A stretch of 64,000 nt of DNA from Planctomycetota bacterium (GTDB lineage Bacteria > Planctomycetota > Phycisphaerae > SM23-33), in the NCBI GenBank assembly GCA_024275995.1, contig JAJRYB010000044.1:13041-77040 (forward strand). The letters are read 5' to 3'. Under the pieces are notes generated by a model. It worked only from the letters and a program-made list of their open reading frames with translations. It was not told the DNA's origin and did not search any database. Each line of letters begins with the position of its first letter. Position 1 is the first letter of the stretch. Below, one piece after another: positions 37,943-47,873 of this stretch. The position numbers and the translations under genes are program-made.

Positions 37943-38818
37943 ATGAAACGGCTAACGATTGTTCCGGCGGTGTGCCTTCCGGTTTTCGTGGTCGCCCTGG
38001 CATACGCAGGGGTGGAGAAGACAAAACCCAAGAGTACCCGCCCGGCAGTGTCCACGGCTCCTGCTGCCGCCCCGTCCGCAGGGCTTATCTACAAAGGCGT
38101 GGAGATTGACGAGAAGTGGATCAGCAGGGCCTACCAGTGGAACAAGGACAAGATACTCCGGAACTCCAAGGGGGAATTCGTAGTCTGCCAGAGGTATCGT
38201 CCTCTTTCCCCCCTTCTGTCCCGGCCGGGAACCGTTTACTTCATACCCAAGGCGACAATTCCGGGCAGCAGCCGGACATATCCGTTTACGGTCACTCCCG
38301 GCGCTCCTAGGGAACTGGACCCCAAAAGCGAGATGCTTGTCGAGAGGCAGGCGTTCCGCTACGGACAGAAAAGGAACAACACGATCTACTGGATAAAAGA
38401 ACCGAAAATCACAATACATATCAAGACCGTCGAGGGGGGGAATTTTGGCGGTGGAACGATTGTGCCTGAAGGAACACTCCTTCTGCCCCGCGGAACCTTT
38501 GTTTACTCGCGGAAAATAGTAAACAGCTACGAGCTGCTCACGCGGATCGACAAGGAACAGTTCGTAGAATATCTCAAGTCCGGTAAAGACCTGCCCGTTC
38601 CAGTCTTTCTGCCAAGGGCCATGCAGCCGTTGGCGACATCACAGCCGGTGATTTCCGAAGGCTCCGAGAAGGACCTGAACGGTCGGATCGGGATGGCGGA
38701 GAATTACATCCAGAATAATTTGCCGAAAAAGGCGCGAGCTATCCTCGAAAAGCTCATAAAAAAGTACCCGAAGTCCGAGCAGGCGGAAAAGGCCAGGGAA
38801 CTCCTGTCGGAATTGTGA
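37943..38818 (+). CDS. Hypothetical exported protein with a C-terminal TPR-like helix pair
   Basis: Signal peptide; RBS aaggaa; C-terminal MAENYIQNN..KARAILEKLIKKYPKSEQAEKA. Confidence 0.7.
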   Translation: MKRLTIVPAVCLPVFVVALAYAGVEKTKPKSTRPAVSTAPAAAPSAGLIYKGVEIDEKWISRAYQWNKDKILRNSKGEFVVCQRYRPLSPLLSRPGTVYFIPKATIPGSSRTYPFTVTPGAPRELDPKSEMLVERQAFRYGQKRNNTIYWIKEPKITIHIKTVEGGNFGGGTIVPEGTLLLPRGTFVYSRKIVNSYELLTRIDKEQFVEYLKSGKDLPVPVFLPRAMQPLATSQPVISEGSEKDLNGRIGMAENYIQNNLPKKARAILEKLIKKYPKSEQAEKARELLSEL

Positions 38819-38981
38819 TCCCGGAATCGTGAACACTGGCTCGCTTGTGGTGCGGGCAAATATAATAACCATCCCGAGTAAATCGTCCCGATTAAACTCG
38901 CAAATCAACCCTGAAAGTAAGCCTGTCCCCATTTCCCGGACAATTGTTCGCACACTGATTCCTGTTGTTTGTTGTTGGGGC

Positions 38982-39010
38982 TTGACCGCGGAAGGGCGCA
39001 GTTCTACCAT
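38982..39010 (+). promoter_or_regulatory. Sigma70-type promoter
   Basis: TTGACC-17 bp-TACCAT, 14 bp before ATG 39025. Confidence 0.55.
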
Positions 39011-39024
39011 GCTTGCGGCAGCTC

Positions 39025-39888
39025 ATGAAACCCCGGCCTTACATACTGTCGCAGTTGGATATGGGCGAGTTCACCATCGCGGGCTACTCGGTGGCGGGGG
39101 AGGAGTCCGTATTCATAACTCCTGAACTCGACTGCTGTTTCGATATCGGCAAGTGTCCGCGTGAGGCCCTTACGGTCAATAACGTCCTGCTGACGCACGG
39201 GCACATGGATCACGTAGCCGGGCTGCCGTACTACTTCTCGCAGCGCGATTTCCAGGGTATCGCCAACGGAACGGCGTTTGTCCCCGTGCCGTTGGTCGAT
39301 CCACTGGAAGACCTGATGCGTGCGATCGGTCGCGTCGAGGGCCACGTCCCGCCGCACCGATTCGTCGGCGTAAAGGACGGTGAGGACGTCGAGATTCGCC
39401 GCGGGTTGGTTGCGCGGGTTTTCGCGACGCGGCACATTCGCGGCTCGGTGGGTTTTACGCTGATTGACGTGCGTCGCAAGCTCAAGGAGGAATACCTCGG
39501 ACTTTCCGGCCCGCAGATCGTCGAGTTGAAAAATAAAGGCGTGGAGATAACGCGTCGTGAGGAATATCCCCTGGTTTCGTACCTCGGCGATACGGGAGAG
39601 GCGGATTATTCCCGCCTGGACCATGTAGCCAATGCGAGGGTGCTGCTGGTCGAGTGCACGTTCTTCGAGGAAGAGCACATGGATCGCGCCCGGAACGGAA
39701 AGCACATTCACGCTCGCAATCTTCCGGCGGTCCTGGAAGGCATGAACAACGAAAAGATCGTCATAGTGCACGTGACACGCCGGACAAACATGAGCCTGGC
39801 ACGGAGAACGCTCCGCAAGACCCTGCGCAAAGACATCCTGGATCGCGTGACATTCCTGATGAGCCGGAAGTACATCGAGGCTGACTGA
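39025..39888 (+). CDS. Metallo-beta-lactamase-fold hydrolase, RNase Z-like
   Basis: THGHMDH (HxHxDH), FDIG, YLGDT, VECTF, H...H. Confidence 0.8.
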   Translation: MKPRPYILSQLDMGEFTIAGYSVAGEESVFITPELDCCFDIGKCPREALTVNNVLLTHGHMDHVAGLPYYFSQRDFQGIANGTAFVPVPLVDPLEDLMRAIGRVEGHVPPHRFVGVKDGEDVEIRRGLVARVFATRHIRGSVGFTLIDVRRKLKEEYLGLSGPQIVELKNKGVEITRREEYPLVSYLGDTGEADYSRLDHVANARVLLVECTFFEEEHMDRARNGKHIHARNLPAVLEGMNNEKIVIVHVTRRTNMSLARRTLRKTLRKDILDRVTFLMSRKYIEAD

Positions 39889-39920
39889 TTTTGCCGCCCA
39901 GGACACGTGATATTCCCGGC

Positions 39921-40808
39921 GTGAACAACCTTGCGTTTCACTGTGTCGGCGGCGCGGCGCTGATCCTTCGGCGCCTGCTGCGGATGGTTCGTCCGTACCG
40001 CAGGCCCAGAGACTTTCCCGCTTCTGACGTCGCGCGATCGGTGGATTACGATTTTTCCGTGGTTGACGGATGGTCCGGGTTGCTCGCCGAGTACAAACAG
40101 GGGGCGTTCGACTTTTCCGGCAGGACGATACTGGAATTGGGGCCTGGCCCGGACCTTGGGACCGGGCTGATTATGCTTTCCCGCGGAGCGAGCCGATACC
40201 ACGCCCTGGACGTCAACCCGCTGCTGAACCTGACGGGCAGCGGCTTTTACGAGGCGCTGCTGGAACGCCTCTCGGACGATCCGCACCGTCGCGTGGAGGT
40301 CGAGGATCTTCGCGCGGAATTATCGGCAGTCCTCTCCGGCGAAGGGAACCGCCTGCGGTATAAGTGCAGCCGGGATGGCGAGGTCTCCGGACTGCGCGGA
40401 CAGGGTGTGGATCTCGTTCTCAGCCAGGCGACGCTTGAACACATAAGCGATTTCCGCCGCCTCGCGGGACAACTCGCAGAGGTCGTTTCGCCGGGCGGGA
40501 TCATGCTGGGTGTCGTGGACCTGCAAACGCACGTCCGGTTTCTTCGCAGCCGTGATCCGCTGAACATATATCGCTACCGCGACTGGTTCTACCGGCTTGT
40601 CCGTTTCCCAGGCGCGAGCAACCGCCTTCGCGGCGGCGATTATGAGCGGATTCTCCGCGAGACCGGCTGGTCGGATATCCGAGTAGTTCCGCTGGAGACG
40701 GTGGGGCGCGAGTACCTCGGCGCGGTTGCGCCGCACCTTGCCGGGCGCTTTCATGATGGCGATGAGATGAAGATATTGAGTATGGCGCTTCTGGCGAGCA
40801 GGTCCTGA
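39921..40808 (+). CDS. Class I SAM-dependent methyltransferase
   Basis: ILELGPGPDLG motif I; VDLVLSQATLEH; SPGG. Confidence 0.8.
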   Translation: MNNLAFHCVGGAALILRRLLRMVRPYRRPRDFPASDVARSVDYDFSVVDGWSGLLAEYKQGAFDFSGRTILELGPGPDLGTGLIMLSRGASRYHALDVNPLLNLTGSGFYEALLERLSDDPHRRVEVEDLRAELSAVLSGEGNRLRYKCSRDGEVSGLRGQGVDLVLSQATLEHISDFRRLAGQLAEVVSPGGIMLGVVDLQTHVRFLRSRDPLNIYRYRDWFYRLVRFPGASNRLRGGDYERILRETGWSDIRVVPLETVGREYLGAVAPHLAGRFHDGDEMKILSMALLASRS

Positions 40809-40960
40809 CGCCACGTCCACTCGATTTTCCGATGCGTGTATTCAGGTCGGCGCTTGTTTTTTTCGTAGAATATCGTTCCACTGATGCGAGGAGATGTAGC
40901 CGGATCAGGCCGGAAGGCGGCCGTCCCCGTATTTCTATAACACCAGTAAGGAATCGATTG

Positions 40961-42724
40961 ATGTCCGATAAGTACAAAGTCGTAGATGAAGCCCTCGGCA
41001 GGATGGACCTGGCCCAGAAAGTCGGCCAGTTGTTCACGCAGTCGTTCTACGGGTCGCTCATAACGCCGGACGTGGTGAACATGATCCGGAACATGCATTG
41101 CGGGGGTCTGCGCGTGACGCAGTTCTACCGCCAGTTCCGCCATTACGCCCGTCCCGGTCAGAAGCGCGAAGCGTTCGACAAGTCTTCTCCCTCCGATATT
41201 CCGCCCGATCAGTTCAACGACATCCAGGACACGCTGTGCAAGCCGCCGTACCTGGACATCGACGAATACACCGAAGTGCTCAACCGCCTCAAGGAGATAG
41301 CCTCCGAGCGCCCTTACGACGCGCCGCTTCATCTGTGCCTCGACCAGGAAGGCGACGGCAGCGCAGACTTCGTGCGCGGCGGGGTTCACTTCTTCCCGTC
41401 GCAATGGGGCCTGTCCCGCACGGGCGATACGGACCTGGTGTACCAGTCCGCCAAGGCGATCGGCGAGCAGCTCGCAGCCGTCGGGTTCAACGTTATCCAC
41501 TCGCCGGTGCTGGACGTGGTGTTGTACCCGGATTCGACCTATATCGGCACGCGGGCGTTCAACGGTAGTCCACAGCAGGTGACCGAAATGGCCAGGGCGT
41601 TCATCCGCGGTTTTACGGAAGCGGGCGTCATGTGCTGCGGGAAGCATTATCCCGGCAGGGGGTCCACCGACGTGGACGACCATCACGACCTCGCGGAAAT
41701 CAAGCGCAGCGAGGAGGAGCTCTGGAACGTCGAGCTGTATCCGTATCGGAAGCTCGCCGAGGAAAATCTGCTGTCGATGATCATGGTGGGACACTCCATC
41801 TATCCCGTCTGGGACGCGGAAAACCCAGCCAGTTGCTCCCGCGCCGTTGTTACCGACGTCACACGCGGGCAGGTGAGGTTCAAGGGAATCGTGACGACCG
41901 ATTCGATGATCATGAAGGCGATCGCCAAGAAGTATGGCGGCATCCCTCAGGGTTGCCTGATGGCCGCCAAGGCGGGAGCGAACCTGATCCTGATGAAGGA
42001 AGTCGGACCGATCCGCGACGAGTCGTATCGCCTGGTGCTGGAAGCGGCCAAGGCTGGTGAAATACCAGAAAGCCAACTCGACGAGCAGATAGCCACGACG
42101 CTCCGATGGAAGGTCGATTTCGGACTCTACGGCGACAATTACATGAAGGATCCACGCCGGGCGGTGCAGACCATTCGCGGTGGGAAGTTGGACGAAATCG
42201 AGCGGCGTGCGGCGGAATCAGCCGTCCACGTTGTCCGCGATACCGACGGCGTGCTTCCGTTGAAGACGGACCAGCGCGTGCTCCTGGCCGAGCAGATCGC
42301 CGGCGCGCACCTCAACGCCAACGATCGATACGTCCATCCGGGCATATTCTGGGAGCAAATGCTTCAGCGCAGCCGGAATGTCTCGCTACTGGAATTGCAC
42401 AGCGAACCGACCGAAGACGACCGCGCGAAACTTTTCGAGTACGCCGGGTATTACGACGTGCTGGTGATCACCCACTATTCGGGACGCTCCAGCGCGAGCA
42501 CGCGAAAGCTGATCGACGAGGCGCTCGATAAGTTCAAATCTACCGACGCTCCTGGCGTGGTTGTCGTCGCCAACTCACCGCTACCCTACAACACGCCGGA
42601 AAACTGGCCGACCGTCGTGTGCACGTACAGCCCGATGCCCGCGGCGCTTGAAGCCGCTTCTTCGTTGTTGTACGGCGAGTTGGAGGCGCGTAAACCCGCC
42701 ACGTCGAAACCGTTCGATCCGTAG
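40961..42724 (+). CDS. Glycoside hydrolase family 3, NagZ-like beta-N-acetylhexosaminidase
   Basis: QKVGQL, LDQEG, SPVLDV, KHYPGRG....DDH (D-x-H dyad), VTTDSM nucleophile, GH3 C-terminal domain; no signal peptide. Confidence 0.85.
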   Translation: MSDKYKVVDEALGRMDLAQKVGQLFTQSFYGSLITPDVVNMIRNMHCGGLRVTQFYRQFRHYARPGQKREAFDKSSPSDIPPDQFNDIQDTLCKPPYLDIDEYTEVLNRLKEIASERPYDAPLHLCLDQEGDGSADFVRGGVHFFPSQWGLSRTGDTDLVYQSAKAIGEQLAAVGFNVIHSPVLDVVLYPDSTYIGTRAFNGSPQQVTEMARAFIRGFTEAGVMCCGKHYPGRGSTDVDDHHDLAEIKRSEEELWNVELYPYRKLAEENLLSMIMVGHSIYPVWDAENPASCSRAVVTDVTRGQVRFKGIVTTDSMIMKAIAKKYGGIPQGCLMAAKAGANLILMKEVGPIRDESYRLVLEAAKAGEIPESQLDEQIATTLRWKVDFGLYGDNYMKDPRRAVQTIRGGKLDEIERRAAESAVHVVRDTDGVLPLKTDQRVLLAEQIAGAHLNANDRYVHPGIFWEQMLQRSRNVSLLELHSEPTEDDRAKLFEYAGYYDVLVITHYSGRSSASTRKLIDEALDKFKSTDAPGVVVVANSPLPYNTPENWPTVVCTYSPMPAALEAASSLLYGELEARKPATSKPFDP

Positions 42725-42757
42725 TGTCCCGCCCGATCAATTGGGTGCGAGCGAAGG

Positions 42758-44158
42758 TCACTTTGCGACGGGTTCCGGCGTTGCGACCATCACTCGGTTT
42801 CGCCCGTTGCGTTTTGCTTCGTACAGCGCCGTGTCGGCGCGTCGGAGGATGTCTGCCGCCGTGTCGGACTTATCGCCGGAGAAGTCGGCGATACCGCAAC
42901 TTATGGTCACCGCTCGCTTTTCGTTGCTGAGCCTCGCCGCCACCAGCGGGCGCAATCGTTCCAGAACCTGCCGCGCCTGGCGGAGCGGCGTCTCCGGCAT
43001 GAGGAGCACGAATTCGTCGCCGCCGTAACGTGCGAGCACGTCGGTCGTGCGTATTTCCTGGCTCATTATTTCCGCGAGCTGTCGTAGCACCTCGTCGCCG
43101 ACTGCGTGCCCGTAGGTGTCGTTGATCGTCTTGAACTTGTCTACGTCGAAGATCGCCGCGCAAAACGGATGATGGTAGCGGGCGGCGCGTTCGTACTCCC
43201 TGGCGAACTGCTCCTCGAACACCCGCCTGGTGGCGATTTTGGTAAGCGGATCGATCTGGCTGTCGCGCCGGGCGCGATCGAAGAGCTTGGCGTTCATCAG
43301 GTTCACGGACAGAATCTGTTGCAGCAGGGACGCCTTGTAATCCAGGAGCTCGCGCGAATTCGCGATAGAGGAGTTCAACTGGCACATGCACACGTATGCG
43401 TGGTCCGTATCGATGTCGCCGGAATCGTTGGTATCGTTGTATATCGGAAGGTGCAGGATCATCCGAGGCGCCGTTCCCTGCACTGCGCTGCATGCCTTCG
43501 GGAGATCGTGAAACGTGATCGTACCGGTCGGATCTTTTACGAGATCGTTGCAGAGGTTTCGCTCCGAGCAGGGACATTGATTACGGCTGATGACCCGCAG
43601 ATCGTCCGGGTCCTGCGAGTGTCCGGGAAAACAAAGCACACCACGCTGGGAACCGAAAATTCGCGGCACCTCGCGCGTCACCAGTGCGAGTATCTCATCG
43701 TAGCCGAGATTCCTGAAACACTTGGAGATCATCGCAACCTGTTCCGCGGCTGCCTGCATCGCCTGGTTCGCCGATTTCTGGTGTGTCACAATATCGCGGC
43801 TGGATAGCATTCCGACCGGTGCGCCGTCCTCAAGAATAGGCAGGTGCCGGATGCCGTTGGAGATCATCAGTTCCTGGGCTTCCTCGATTGGCGTGGACAT
43901 TGTGCACGAGACGATATTTGTACTCATGATGTCGCGGACGCGCACGTTTTGTGGCCCGGGCTCACCGGCCAGGCCTCGCACGACGTCGCGCTCCGTGAAT
44001 ATCCCAGCCGCTCGTCCGTCATCGGAAACCACGATCAGGCAGCTCACGCACCGTTCGCTGAGATTACGCGCTGCGACCGTAATCGACTCCTCGCCGTCAA
44101 TTGTTGCTATCTTGCCTACACCGCGAGCGATGTGTCCGACTGACTTGGCGTCCAGCAC
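42758..44158 (-). CDS. Diguanylate cyclase with an N-terminal CBS pair
   Basis: CBS pair (GIFTERDV, IRHLPI..GMLSSRDI); FDVDKFKTINDTYGHAVGD; I-site RTTD; YGGDEF. Confidence 0.9.
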   Translation of the reverse strand: MLDAKSVGHIARGVGKIATIDGEESITVAARNLSERCVSCLIVVSDDGRAAGIFTERDVVRGLAGEPGPQNVRVRDIMSTNIVSCTMSTPIEEAQELMISNGIRHLPILEDGAPVGMLSSRDIVTHQKSANQAMQAAAEQVAMISKCFRNLGYDEILALVTREVPRIFGSQRGVLCFPGHSQDPDDLRVISRNQCPCSERNLCNDLVKDPTGTITFHDLPKACSAVQGTAPRMILHLPIYNDTNDSGDIDTDHAYVCMCQLNSSIANSRELLDYKASLLQQILSVNLMNAKLFDRARRDSQIDPLTKIATRRVFEEQFAREYERAARYHHPFCAAIFDVDKFKTINDTYGHAVGDEVLRQLAEIMSQEIRTTDVLARYGGDEFVLLMPETPLRQARQVLERLRPLVAARLSNEKRAVTISCGIADFSGDKSDTAADILRRADTALYEAKRNGRNRVMVATPEPVAK

Positions 44159-44382
44159 TAATACTCTCCTTCTTTACGAGTATGGCTGGGCGGGATACAC
44201 CGTGAACCCGACCCGGTTTTTTCCATCGGCAAGTCGATGAAATGGCTGAACTAAGGAAATAGTAGATTTCGCGTTTTCATGAAGCCTTTCGATATCGTCA
44301 CCACGGTTTTTTCCCTTTCCGCGAGGTCGATATGCGTATTTGTACTGGAACGTCGGCGATTCCGATGGTGTAATATGCTGGA

Positions 44383-44955
44383 ATGCTCGGTAGAGTCCGG
44401 AAAACCTCGGGCCTGGACGTCGGACTTGCCCTTACCTTTGCGGGTCTGGCGTACCTTGTATGGGCGTTGGTTGCGGGCGTGACCCGCGCGCTCGTCCAGC
44501 AGGCGATCTATGTAACCGCCGATAAGTCCGAATCGCTACCGGCGGCTGCGAAATTCGTGCAGGTGCTGTTTGTCGACGGCGGGTTCGCAATCGATATGGT
44601 CGGGCTGGCGTGGCTGGTAGTCTCGATGTACCTGATCCTTCGAAGCGCGCATCAGAGGATCAGCATTTCCTGGGCGTGGATGTCGTCGGTGTTGCAGGGC
44701 TTTCTTGCTTCGCTGGGCGGTATCTGGGTGCTCTGGGCAAACTCCGCGGCGTTCGCCCAGCCGACGAGTACCATCGGGCAGAGTCCGACAACGCTCGGGC
44801 GGGTCAGCCAAATCTCGCTTCCGGTTATCCTGACCCTTGCGGTGCTGATATGGGTTACGTTCCTGGTCTGGCTGCTCGTGAGACGAACCCAATGGGCCAG
44901 GCGAGGACTGGGACCGTCGCTTTCCGATAGCCTGCGAACGCATAGCTATAAATAA
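44383..44955 (+). CDS. Hypothetical integral membrane protein (about 4 TM helices)
   Basis: Hydrophobic helices; fills the gap between flanking genes; no family recognised. Confidence 0.6.
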   Translation: MLGRVRKTSGLDVGLALTFAGLAYLVWALVAGVTRALVQQAIYVTADKSESLPAAAKFVQVLFVDGGFAIDMVGLAWLVVSMYLILRSAHQRISISWAWMSSVLQGFLASLGGIWVLWANSAAFAQPTSTIGQSPTTLGRVSQISLPVILTLAVLIWVTFLVWLLVRRTQWARRGLGPSLSDSLRTHSYK

Positions 44956-44963
44956 AAGCAGGT

Positions 44964-45012
44964 TTCAGACTTCAGGCTTCAGACTTCAGGCTTCAGACTT
45001 CAGGCTTCAGGC
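44964..45012. repeat. 7-bp tandem repeat, 7 copies (TTCAGAC / TTCAGGC)
   Basis: ttcagac ttcaggc ttcagac ttcaggc ttcagac ttcaggc ttcaggc between convergent stop codons. Confidence 0.95.
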
Positions 45013-45019
45013 ATGGGTA

Positions 45020-47608
45020 TCACACCAACCCCTTGCGTTTTCGCACGGACCATTCCACGCACAGCAGGGCGATCAGCACGATTATCAGCGGTATCGCCAG
45101 GTCCCTGGTCAGTTCCTGACGATGGGGGATCGGGACTATTTTCGGCCGCGCGGCGATCCTGATCTTTCCGATCATTTCGGAAAGGGAGGCGATAGGCGCG
45201 AACTCGCCGCCGCTGGCTTCGGATATCTGTTTCAGCACGTCGAATTTCGCCAGGACATCCATCGCTTCCAGGTCCCGCTTGAGAACTTCGAACCTGTGCT
45301 CGGCTGAGAGATTCTTTCCGTCGACGCTCGCCTCGATCCTGAGTGTGTAGACGCCCGCCTCGGTGGCCATGCGGGCCGAGAGCATCCCCTGCCGCATCAT
45401 CTTGTCCGAACTCAGGGCGAGTGGGATCGGGCTTTGGCGTTTCGTGTCCGATGGTCGGAACAGGCTGACCTTGACGGGCGTTTTCGACATGGACCGGCCT
45501 GAAGCGTCTTCCACCCCGGCCTCGATCCGGATCGACTCGGCGCCGGTCACGAGACGCCGATGATCGTAGCTGGTTCTGTCCGTGACGATCCAGACGTTTC
45601 CCTTCGGGGCTGTAAGGTACAGGCCCACCTGTCGCAAGAAGCGCCTCTGCGCCTCGGCGGTGTCCTTCTGCGAAAGTACCCACCGCCAGGTCGTGTCGAA
45701 GGCGATCGCCAGCGTCCGTCCCTTTCCATATCGTTGGGCGACGATCAGCGGCTTGCGGTCGGACGTCTCGGCGAGCACCGTGGCGGCGGGTTTTACCCCC
45801 GCAAGAAGGTTGCAGCCGGAAAGCTTTCGCAGAGATGCCCACGTCTCGGCGTTCTTGCCGTTTACGGCGATGTTCATGATCTCATTCGCCAGGCCGTCAC
45901 GAGTGGGAATCACGCGGATCATCTCGTCCCTTTGCCCTTTCGAGGCGCCAAGGTCCACGGGCATCATCTTTGCGATGGGGGTCTTGTCCCATCCGCCGCG
46001 CCCGAAACTATTCCGCCCTCCGATCATGCAGAAGCCCTTGCCGTACTCGCCCACGAGCTTTCGGACGATTTCGAGCTGCTCGTTTGTGAACTGCGACGCG
46101 GAAACGTCTCCGAAGATCACCGCGTGGTACGTCATCCAGTCGGCCAGCTTGTCGCCGATGGGCGGTGGACTGTCCACCCGGAGCGGCTGGAGCAGAACCC
46201 TCCGATCGAGACGGAACCTCCGCCCCCCGGCAAAGGCGCGGGCGATGTACTTGCTCTCGAAGCGGAACTTGCCCTCCACGTACAGTATCCGCATGTCGCG
46301 GTCCACCACGCGAACCAGCTTGCCTTCGCTGGGCTTGCCCGCGAGGTCGCGAGGTTTTTTCCCGACGATTTCCGCCGAAACGCGCAGGCGGTGATAGCCC
46401 GGTAAAAGCGGAACGTGCACGAACCGCACCGTCCGGGAAACCTGCCGATCGCGGATTTCAATTTCCTTTTTGCCGATGACCTGCTCGCCGAAGCGGCATA
46501 TAACCTTGACGGCGCGTATCCCCGGCGTGTCAAGCCCGATCGCCTCGATGGTGGCGGTGATCGGAAGCTTGTTGAACGCCTGGACTTCGTCCTCCGCGCC
46601 CAGGTTCTTCACCGTCAGCGTTCGTGTCGATCCGGTAACGGTCTGCGAACCCACGCCGATCGTGTAGATCCCGATACCCTGCGAACCCTTGATTTCCGCC
46701 AGGCGCTCCGGCGTGAAAATGTCCGACGTGTTGTTGCAACCATCGGAAATCAGCAGGATCGCCCCGACGTCCCTGGCATTCGCCGTGTGCAGATCGGTCC
46801 GGCGCGCGATGACGTCGCCGATGGCTGTGACCTGTCCGCTCGCTGTGAGCGCGGGGAAAGGCGCCTCGGGATCCTTACCGGTCAGTTCGGCGCTTCGGAT
46901 CACCTCGCCGTCGAAGGTGAACACGTCGATATCGTTCTGCCGGATGAGCTGTTCGATCTGGCGTCGATTATCGTTCAGCGCGTCGCGAACGGAACTGACG
47001 CGGCTTACGGGCTCTTCTCCCTCGCGCAGTTTCTTGTCCGTGTAGACTGCCGGCATGTCGCGTCTGTTCATCGAGGCGGAATCGTCCACGGCTATCAACA
47101 GCCAGCGGCGAACCTTCTCGTGAGTTACCCGCTCGATGGCGGGACGGACGGACCACGCCGCCAGGAGAAGCAGAACGATAATCCGCAAAGTCAGCAGAAG
47201 CGCCTTGAGAGGCCGTCGGAGGGGGCTGGTCGTACGCCGGTACGCGCGGAACACCCACGCCAGCGCGCAGGTCATAATCGCGAGAATAGCGCCGCCGTCG
47301 GGCAGGAAGAATACCAGGCACGCGGCGAAATGGATGAGCGTTCCCCACAGCCCGGCCCGCACCATCGCACGCGTGCGTTCGGAAGTTCCAGCCATCGCAC
47401 CGTAAATCAACGCGATAACCGCACCCGCCATGCCCGTCAGCAGCGCCACCAGCGTAAGGGAGATGGCGAAAGACGGCCTGCGATTATTCCACACCCAGTG
47501 CAGAAGCGAGACGACTTCCCAAAGCAGCGCCAGGGACGCCGCGGACCAAAGCAGCCACTTCAATTGGCCGGGCGGGTCAAACAGAAGCGTCATGCCGAGA
47601 AAGTTCAC
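45020..47608 (-). CDS. Membrane-anchored VWA + GATase1-like domain protein
   Basis: N-terminal TMs; DDSASM...T.IGD...LLISDG (MIDAS); RILYVEG..RFE, VIFGDV, MIGGRNSF, DTTWRW; C-terminal TM. Confidence 0.8.
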   Translation of the reverse strand: MNFLGMTLLFDPPGQLKWLLWSAASLALLWEVVSLLHWVWNNRRPSFAISLTLVALLTGMAGAVIALIYGAMAGTSERTRAMVRAGLWGTLIHFAACLVFFLPDGGAILAIMTCALAWVFRAYRRTTSPLRRPLKALLLTLRIIVLLLLAAWSVRPAIERVTHEKVRRWLLIAVDDSASMNRRDMPAVYTDKKLREGEEPVSRVSSVRDALNDNRRQIEQLIRQNDIDVFTFDGEVIRSAELTGKDPEAPFPALTASGQVTAIGDVIARRTDLHTANARDVGAILLISDGCNNTSDIFTPERLAEIKGSQGIGIYTIGVGSQTVTGSTRTLTVKNLGAEDEVQAFNKLPITATIEAIGLDTPGIRAVKVICRFGEQVIGKKEIEIRDRQVSRTVRFVHVPLLPGYHRLRVSAEIVGKKPRDLAGKPSEGKLVRVVDRDMRILYVEGKFRFESKYIARAFAGGRRFRLDRRVLLQPLRVDSPPPIGDKLADWMTYHAVIFGDVSASQFTNEQLEIVRKLVGEYGKGFCMIGGRNSFGRGGWDKTPIAKMMPVDLGASKGQRDEMIRVIPTRDGLANEIMNIAVNGKNAETWASLRKLSGCNLLAGVKPAATVLAETSDRKPLIVAQRYGKGRTLAIAFDTTWRWVLSQKDTAEAQRRFLRQVGLYLTAPKGNVWIVTDRTSYDHRRLVTGAESIRIEAGVEDASGRSMSKTPVKVSLFRPSDTKRQSPIPLALSSDKMMRQGMLSARMATEAGVYTLRIEASVDGKNLSAEHRFEVLKRDLEAMDVLAKFDVLKQISEASGGEFAPIASLSEMIGKIRIAARPKIVPIPHRQELTRDLAIPLIIVLIALLCVEWSVRKRKGLV

Positions 47609-47770
47609 GTTGGCGATGGCTCCTTTCGTCCGCCCCTTCCGTTACGGAACAACCCAGTCCGGATAGTGTAAAGTATTGTCCAAAGGTATCGGAACTCCAA
47701 AAAGATAACGCCGGGTGGCTTGCCGGGAAATCGGGTCGCTCACTTTTCTTCGGACTTGGGAGTGAATGTC

Positions 47771-47799
47771 TTGACAGGCTGCCGACGCTTGCGTATAAA
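47771..47799 (+). promoter_or_regulatory. Sigma70-type promoter of pckG
   Basis: TTGACA-17 bp-TATAAA, ~75 bp before the ATG. Confidence 0.65.
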
Positions 47800-47873
47800 G
47801 GTTCCGCTGTTATCGTGAGAATCGTGAAAATCCCCGGCTGAGACCGAACCGTTTCCCCTAAGCGAGAAAAACA

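Noticed and set aside
11284-45012. Heptamer arrays as CRISPR repeats
   Set aside because: Units are 7 bp, tandem and have no unique spacers; no cas genes are present.
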